A stretch of DNA of 59,316 nt, counting the filler, from Sphacelaria rigidula (taxonomy: Eukaryota): NCBI GenBank assembly GCA_964200075.2. It is 6 parts of 6 records of this genome, joined end to end, with 100 filler letters (N's around TTAATTAATTAA, not from the genome) between each part and the next. Parts side by side here need not be neighbours in the genome. Positions count along the whole stretch, not along the records: positions 49,515 to 59,316 come from CAXNAA020007732.1; 5 more parts are not named here. One strand, written 5' to 3'. Within the stretch, counting starts at the first letter, position 1. Every line of letters begins with the position of its first letter. Below, piece by piece: positions 52,156 to 59,316 of the stretch. Under the pieces are notes generated by a model that was not told the origin of the DNA, did no database searches, and saw only the letters and a program-made list of their open reading frames with translations. The position numbers and the translations under genes are program-made.

Positions 52156-52336
52156 GCGCCCCCTCCGAAAAGTTTCCCCAGGTTGGCCATCATGGTGGAG
52201 CGGGTCGAGTGCTGTCGGTTCGAGGAGCAAGCGTCGTTGCCCTTGAATGATGCGGTGTTGCTCAAGTTTTCACTGCTACGGGAAGCAAGTGCGGCGCGTC
52301 CGGAGGTCGCGATCGCCGGAACGAATGCACGAGTGC
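52156..52336 (-). CDS. GPX: Glutathione peroxidase exon 2 (plastid transit peptide)
   Basis: tttcag|GC ACT CGT GCA TTC GTT CCG...GGC GC|gtgagt encodes TRA-FVPAIATSGRAALASRSS...STRSTMMANLGKLFGGG(A). Phases fit both neighbouring exons. Confidence 0.82.
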
Positions 52337-52469
52337 CTGAAACGCGGAAGAACGGATATGCGGCATGTACAACACAACACGTGGACGGAACAAATGCGTA
52401 CACGAAACGGAACACTTTTCACGTGAATCAGGATATAGCGAAACGCGCGAAGCGGAACACCGAAAAAAC

Positions 52470-53479
52470 CAAGGTTGTATTCTGTAGGGTACGGTTTTCT
52501 GTATACCCACGGTGTTTTGCCGGGTATTTACCGTACCCGAAACTTTCATATTGGTACCCAACAGTTCTGTAGACTCGAGTCTTTCATATCCTTACCCGAT
52601 AGTTCCGTGAGTAATGTAAGCCTCGAGGGTTGTGTCCTGTAGGGTACGATTTTCTGTATAACCGGGATATTTTGCCGGGTATTTACCGTACCCGACAGTT
52701 CTGTAGGCCTTCCGTACCTTTACCGTGGGGCACGGGTATGCTGTAGATGAGATACCCGGTCGCGGGTAAGATTTTCTGTGCAACCTCCATACCCTACCCG
52801 ACAGCTTCCGTGAGATATTCAAGCCTCCCATACCCTTACCCAATAGTTATGTGAGTTCTGTACAAGAACTTTACCCTAACCCGAGGGGCGGGTATGCCCT
52901 AAAAAAGTTACGAGATTGCCAGTACCGGTTTTCCGTAAGCCTCCCGTACGGTACCCAACAAGTTCTGTGTTTTCTGTGAGACTTTCATACCGGTACCCGA
53001 CAGTTCTGTAAGTTCTGTAAGCAATTTCATACCCTACAGCTACCCGTACCTTACACAACACGCCCTTCTTGCGCCTCCCCGACCGTTACCGGGGGCACGG
53101 GTACGCTCTCGATAATATACCCAATTGCGGGTACGGTTTTCTATGCAGCCTCCATGCCCTGTACGACGACAGTTTCGGTGAGTTTTGTACGCCTTCCATA
53201 TCCTTACCCGATAGTTATGTGTGTACTGTACGTAATGTATGCCCGTACCCGGAGCGCGGGTATGCCCTCAAATAAATACCCGATGACCGGTACGGATTTC
53301 TGTAAGCCTCCCATACCGTACCCGAAACGTTTTGTAATTTCTGCAACACTTTCAAACAGGTACCCAACAGTTTTGTAATACCTTTAAGACCGTCATACCG
53401 GTACACGATATTCCTGTAAGATCTGTACGGAATCCTATACCCTACAAAACATACCCGTACCCTACGGAACACAACCTTG
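52470..53479. mobile_element. hAT-type non-autonomous element (1010 bp) in GPX intron 1
   Basis: TIRs CAAGGTTGTATTCTGTAGGGTACGG / CCGTACCCTACGGAACACAACCTTG and a perfect 8-bp TSD GAAAAAAC. The interior is built from TACCCG/ACAGTTCTGTA subrepeats, and the left end is duplicated at ~52625. Confidence 0.9.
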
Positions 53480-54995
53480 GAAAAAACAACAGGCGATAAT
53501 CAATGACCGTTCCACGCGCAGGGGGTGGATCCCGATTTTCCTCAAGCAGACGCCTATTGGTTGCATGTCAAGGTTGACACGAGTGCTCGGCCGCTAGCGC
53601 AGGTCTATCAGCGTACGTTCACATCGGTGTCACATAACCTTCTCGACTCCTGGATCCTTGGTCTGGGGGGGGGGGGGGGGGGGTGTGTGGGGGGAGGTTG
53701 GTCGGCTTTCCCTTATCCCGTCGGTGCGGGCGGGGGTGGNNNNNNNNNNGATAGCGCGGCTGGTTGCGGGCGTGGGGGCGGTGCGGGGGGGGTGTGAACT
53801 GTTCGGGGGACGATTGTCTCGATTCCCTTAATTCCTAGGTCGCGATGCGGGTAGTCCATTTCGATCACGCATACTTTTTTCGAGTGAAATTGATGCCGAT
53901 TCTGCAGGCAACCTACCCTCGCGGCCAAAGGGTTGGCCGTACCATACCTGAGGTGTATAAGTACTGTTTTGTACTGACCGCGATACTACTACAGCTCTTG
54001 GATGGTAGTTTGCGCGAACGCGAAGCGGCGGTACAGCATGGTGTATCTATATACCCTGCCAGAACATACGTCAGTGCACGAACGCCATGACTTTAACGAG
54101 TATGCTCCTTCCGTACGGACAGCCGATACGGTCTCCCTGTAGACTGTCTACAGCCATTTGACCGTTTACGGACAAGGACGTTTTTCCGTGTGCTATGCTG
54201 ATTCAAGTAGTAGTACTGTCTGTACTGCTCTGACTACTGTGAACTATACATGGAACCGACCGCACCCCCGTGTGTTACACCAAACCGGTTTGGGCTTACG
54301 ATACTGTACATATCCACGGTCGAGTCAGCTTGGCATGTACCGAGTCATTCGCAGGTACACTTCAACAACTGTATACAGTAGCGTACGTACACCATCATCA
54401 GAGAGAGGCGATGGGTGTGTGACGGAGCGGGAGCAGATGCCAAAGGAAACCCCGCGTACTCCAAAGCACAACTGTACACGCAGCACAATATTGCAAATCC
54501 TTGCATTGCATGCGGGGTGTCCTCTCTTGAGGTGATATGACACATGTTTGAGTTCTGACTGACCGTGACTGTAATGTACCCAACTTACTGTCTGTACCAG
54601 CCGACTCTATTTTCCATTGCGGCATCTCTCGCCATGTGCGGATGTCGCACTGGCTGCGCAGAAGGCGGCGTCATAGTATAACCCAGTGGCGACATCCTCA
54701 ACTGAAAGTTTTCGAGGGACAGGATAGACCTGGTACCTCCTGGTAGAACCCTTGCGTTGAGAGGTCTTGAGAGCTTTCTTCCGTGCCGGTAGGAAACTGT
54801 AGAGTAGGGTATCAAACTATGGTGGTGTGATTTTACTCTTAGTTTCACAAAGGTTGAAACGACTAGTAGAGCGGGGGTGGGATACCCCTTCTCCGTAAGC
54901 CGCTCTACAGCTGTTTCCTCCTGCATAAAATGCACCGGGGCACCATGAGCCCTATTTTCCACCTTCGTGCGTGCTTGTGTATGTATGTATCTTAC

Positions 54996-55047
54996 CTGCA
55001 AGCATGGAAAGCAGCAATAATATCCCGCTGAGCCAGAGACGAACCAT
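54996..55047 (-). CDS. GPX: Glutathione peroxidase exon 1 (signal peptide)
   Basis: aagcATG GTT CGT...CTT GCA G|gtaaga encodes MVRLWLSGILLLLSMLA(G). The phase-1 end fits exon 2. Confidence 0.75.
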
Positions 55048-56169
55048 GCTTTGCTGGTGTGAAGGTGGACACAAACTGTGCCCTGATGATTGTTGATTAT
55101 TGAGGTGCAGACCGAACAAAAACTGACACAGCAGTATTGGAGGCGTGTTTTTGTAACGTCATGTTTTTTTTGCTGCTTGAGCTTGGGATCTTCGGATCGT
55201 GCATGTATCTGGATCCACCTATGTGTGGTAATAGTGACCCTATTAGTCATTTCACTGCCCTAGAGTAGGATCCATAGGCACGTTTCGTATGTAGGTGATG
55301 CACAGACGGATATCAGTTCTCGTCCACCTAGTTATATACCGGTATTCCATCCTCCATCTATCGGCGGTCAAGCTGAGAGAAATGGTATGTCGAGTCTCTG
55401 TTGGTTCTCATCCCATCTTCGGGATTGCCGGCGGTTTTGTCTGCGAGCACTTATCTTTCGGAAAGTCGAGGTCTAGATGCTCCTATTACGGGAGATATTC
55501 CTCATGATGGGCAGGGATACAGGCTCAGATTTTGGCTCCACATGCATCTAATGATCATGCGATCTACTTACATTTGTCACCCCAGTACATATACCAAGCC
55601 GTGTGTGTACGGGTATTTTGTCGTGTTCCACAAAGATCCATCCGTTCTAGACCCCGCGCGGGTGACACGTGGTGTGGAGAGTGCTCGTGAGTGCACGGGC
55701 CAGCGAGCATATTTCAAACACCACACACACCTTCAGATACAAACATTGGGTGAAGCATTGATTTAAAAAGTGGCCGTGACTCGTTCGTGCAGTTGACTCT
55801 TTACAGCAAAGACGTTGAAGAGTAACACGCCAAACGTCTGCTGCTGCCTTTCGGTCTTTTGGCTGACTTTCGTGTTGACCACCTGGCATAGTTCAGAACC
55901 GACACACGCCACAGCCATTGCCGTGGTTCACACTGTACGGCGATTGCAGTTAACAGAGGTGTCCACTGTGCTTTGCTTATTCACAGCTGGTGGTGTGCAC
56001 AACTCTAGTATTCAGCTGTTCCTTGATCTTTTGGTGCACACTAGCAGCGGTGCTTCTATCGCTGTGTGCACCACACGAGCGTATATCTTGTCCGAAACTA
56101 CATTAATCGTACACGTACCACACCCGCGCTGATAACTGATATTTTGGCGGTCATCAAGGTTTCGGCGAT

Positions 56170-56460
56170 ATGGTCTCCATCACCTTCGACGAGTTTCATG
56201 CGCTTCGCACACGCCAGCGTGCAGAGACACAGGCAGCAGCAACGGCATCAGCGCAACAGCAAGAGATCCGCACAGCTAGTGTTTTTACCACACCATCCCA
56301 ACGACCAGGGGAACAACGATTGACCATCCGGAGGGCGGTCGAAGCTCGTAGTAGTAGCATCAACAAGACTGGTGGACTCGGGTCGGTTTTTTACGATGGC
56401 AGCGAGGAGGACAGTGACGGGAAACCTACCGCCGGCGAAGTTGCGCCTAGATCAGGATCG
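56170..56460 (+). CDS. Candidate first exon of a gene divergent from GPX
   Basis: ATG-initiated 97-codon frame (MVSITFDEFHALRTRQRAE...GEVAPRSGS) ending at a consensus phase-0 donor TCG|gtgagt. No family is recognised. Confidence 0.4.
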
Positions 56461-57044
56461 GTGAGTACGCAGCAAGGTAGGAAGAAGTGTACAGTGCAAC
56501 TATGAGGGACATTTTGTACGGTAATAGTGACTTTGTTCGGTCGCCGTCTTACACAAGTTCGTCCTGCCGCACAAGACGCCCTGCTCATCTATGAGTAATT
56601 CATTGAAGCTCTACAAAGTACGAAGCATCATAACAACATTCCACTCGACGGCAAGCAGCGTACACGAATGCGATAGCCCTGCACACTCGGTTGGTATACT
56701 ATATCGTACAATACTCTGTGTTACACCACGAGTCATGTTTTGGAATCAGCCTAGCGAATGTGTGCAATAAATATGTGCAATGACCATGCGTCCCATATCC
56801 ACATCATGGTGTGTTTTGGTACTGAATCCGTTGCCAGCTACATATAAGTGGAGCTGGCCATCAGCTTATCGGTGAAGTACACACGCCACGGCTTGAATTC
56901 CATTTTTTCTGCGTATGTTTATGGCCGAGTGAACTGAAGCATATACGAGCCTGGCCAGGCTGAAAGCGGATTGGATAGCCACAGCCATGTCATATCGAAA
57001 CAGACGAACTCGGCCGTGATCCGCACATCTTGTTTATCGTGTAA

Positions 57045-57124
57045 GGGTGCCTTCAATCTCAAATTTGGACCTTACAGACGTTGCACAAGGTCTGTAACGT
57101 CCAAATTTGAGGTTACAGGCACCC
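57045..57124. repeat. 80-bp hairpin (39-bp arms, 5 mismatches, 2-nt centre)
   Basis: GGGTGCCTTCAATCTCAAATTTGGACCTTACAGACGTTG-CA-CAAGGTCTGTAACGTCCAAATTTGAGGTTACAGGCACCC. Confidence 0.85.
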
Positions 57125-57740
57125 CAGTGGCCAACCGTGTTGGCAGGTAGGTGCTCATCTCCTCAACAGCCCGGTCAGATACTTGTATCGTCGAGTAAAT
57201 CCCGTCAGTATGAATATACCCCAATACTGAATTTCATACGAAACCCTGAATCACAATATCAGCGGATGACGCTGATTTGAGGTGTGGAGATTTCTTGGGG
57301 CACGGGGAAACGACTATCATCCTCACCTTCACCTACTTCATTACCTGTCGAGACATGACACGAAGAAGATCCCATATCATATTTACGATACTTCGAGGAG
57401 ATATATACTAAACCTGAATCTAGCGGCTCGGCTTTGAGAGTTGTGTTTTGAAACCCGGCGTGGAGTATCGCGGGAGGTTTTCGAAACCTACTGTGGTTCA
57501 TCATGTATTTTTTCGCGAATTGCGGGCATTTTGTGATGAGCTGATGTAGGTTTTGGCCCTTGACTCACGCAAAAAATCGAAATTCCCCACAAGTTTTGTT
57601 GACGCTCCTCCCTGCGATGCTCCATGCCAAATTTCAAAGCGCAGCTCTCAGAACTGAAAAAGATATATCAAATTTCCAAGCGCATATTTCAGAACTGAGC
57701 GGTAAAGCGCCTGTCATGCAGAGATCCACGTGTAATGCGT

Positions 57741-57931
57741 GAGAGGACCGCATGCTTAGAGGACCGCCCCGTAGTTCAAAACACCTCAGGATCGATGTTT
57801 TTCGAGACCGGTCGGGCCAGTCCCTGCAGATACCACGCCCTTGACGATAACCCTAACACTAATCCTAACCCTAACCCTAACCCTAGGGACGTTCAAAATA
57901 CGATGCGGTCCTCTAAGCACGCGGTCTTCTC
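57741..57931. mobile_element. MITE containing a (TAACCC)n telomere-like tract
   Basis: TIRs GACCGCATGCTTAGAGGACCGC / GCGGTCCTCTAAGCACGCGGTC, with six TAACCC-like hexamers at 57848-57883. Confidence 0.8.
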
Positions 57932-58410
57932 ACACATTTCACGCGTCTACACTGGCTCAGCCCGTACCGTACGTAAGACTGAACGCGCTTTTATCACCAA
58001 TATCTACCTCGCGCATTTGTTCACCACATTATATCGACATGCAGGAGGCAGCGCGCCGTTTGCCGGCTGACACGGAACGCCCCGTGTGCATAATGTCTAC
58101 ATGCACCGAATGAAGGCAATGGTTTGGGTATAGACCGACAGTATATCAATAATATATATATATATGGACTAACCCACTGCCGTTGCCTGTGACATTGCAG
58201 TAGTATACTAAAGTTGTCGGTCTATGTTGCGATACGAGCGTTTTATTATGTGGAAGTGGAGCATTTCCTGCCTCTCTACCAAATGTTATGGCCTAGGCAT
58301 ATTTGAGAATCAATGCGCCATTCTCTGTGACAATGATACCGGATGGACTGTACTGGCAGCTTATCTCGCGGTGGCGTCCCTGTGGCCTCAGGCGATGAAA
58401 GAGCGATACT

Positions 58411-58664
58411 GAGACATGCTACGATAGGGAGGGGGTATTTTGGGCCGTTTTCTTCCACGAAATTTTACCCCAATCGCCGTTGAAAGTAGCAACAGTTGTT
58501 CGAACGCACTTGGTCCCGATAAATAACGCTAAGGCATACTGCATGACACCGACTTTACCCAAATTTAAGCGCGCCGCGAATGTGTGAGGTCGTTTGACGC
58601 ACCTATGAGCCCATTTTGTTCGTGGAATCGAACACTCCCCTCCCCCCCTATCGTAGCATGACTC
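58411..58664. mobile_element. Complete 254-bp member of the GAGTCATC(C/G)TACGATAG(G)n TIR family
   Basis: Left end GAGACATGCTACGATAGGGAGGGGG and right end CCCCCCCTATCGTAGCATGACTC. No clear TSD. Confidence 0.8.
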
Positions 58665-59316
58665 AATCATCTTCGATATGTGCACATCTTGTGTGTGTAC
58701 AAATTCTGAGCGTGGTGATGAATTAAACACCCGTTTGATGTTGGAGAGGCGAGGGGGGGTTCAGGTGGGTGCGGGAAGGGCGATATCCGCGGGAAATTGC
58801 GCTGTATCTTCGAATGTTATGCCCCAGCGGGGTGCGCGTGTACAGTAGGGTGGGGTTCTCATTATTGCGGTCACAATCTGCTACACGCCGCACATCTTGT
58901 ACTAATGTAAGGTACGTGTACGATAAAAGTATCGTGCAGAGTTCCAGCAATGTACGGCAACGTCAGGGTAGCGATCCATCGTACTGTGCTAGGACTCCCA
59001 CTGCACTGTGGCAATCAAGATCATACATAGGTAGGGGAATCTTACTGTAGTTCCGGTCGACTAAATACTATCACATGTCTTTTTTTATTGCCCTTCCATG
59101 CTACTTCTTCAGTAACAGGTAGTCATGAATCATCCGGAGGTTTGGGTGGTATGTTTCGCGGTTTCTGTCCGCATCCTTGTCAACTGCGTGTTCTGTAATC
59201 CACAGACAGTAGTACCATGGGACTACCAAGCAGGGTAGTTCATGTCAAGCAGTAAGTTTCGAGAGGGGGGGGGGGAGTATACAACGAGATACAAGGAGTA
59301 GCAGCAAGAGCCGAGA

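Noticed and set aside
57848-57886. True telomere
   Set aside because: It is short, degenerate, internal to the contig and enclosed by TIRs.

Overview
This window is not one locus. It is six unrelated contigs or scaffolds (9803, 9803, 9803, 9803, 9802 and 9802 bp) joined by identical 100-bp artificial linkers (44 N + TTAATTAATTAA + 44 N). The DNA is repeat-rich and intron-rich eukaryotic nuclear sequence, most likely from a photosynthetic stramenopile such as a brown alga (inferred from two signal-peptide + 'AF' bipartite plastid presequences and GT-AG introns). The most notable item is in contig 6: the first three exons of a glutathione peroxidase with an in-frame TGA at the catalytic position (NVASK-U-G). 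It is therefore a predicted selenoprotein, and it carries a complex-plastid targeting presequence. Other content: a decayed Ty3/Gypsy retrotransposon (contig 1), two exons of a TMEM35/NACHO/DoxX-like membrane protein (contig 3), first exons of a secreted protein (contig 4) and of another plastid-targeted protein (contig 5), a frameshifted probable TE-derived ORF, and many non-autonomous elements (hAT MITEs with 8-bp TSDs, piggyBac-like TTAA elements, a GAGTCATCCTACGATAG(G)n family at contig breaks, a MITE carrying telomere-like repeats, foldbacks and (AATC)n-tailed retroposon ends). Most ORFs in the six-frame track are spurious.
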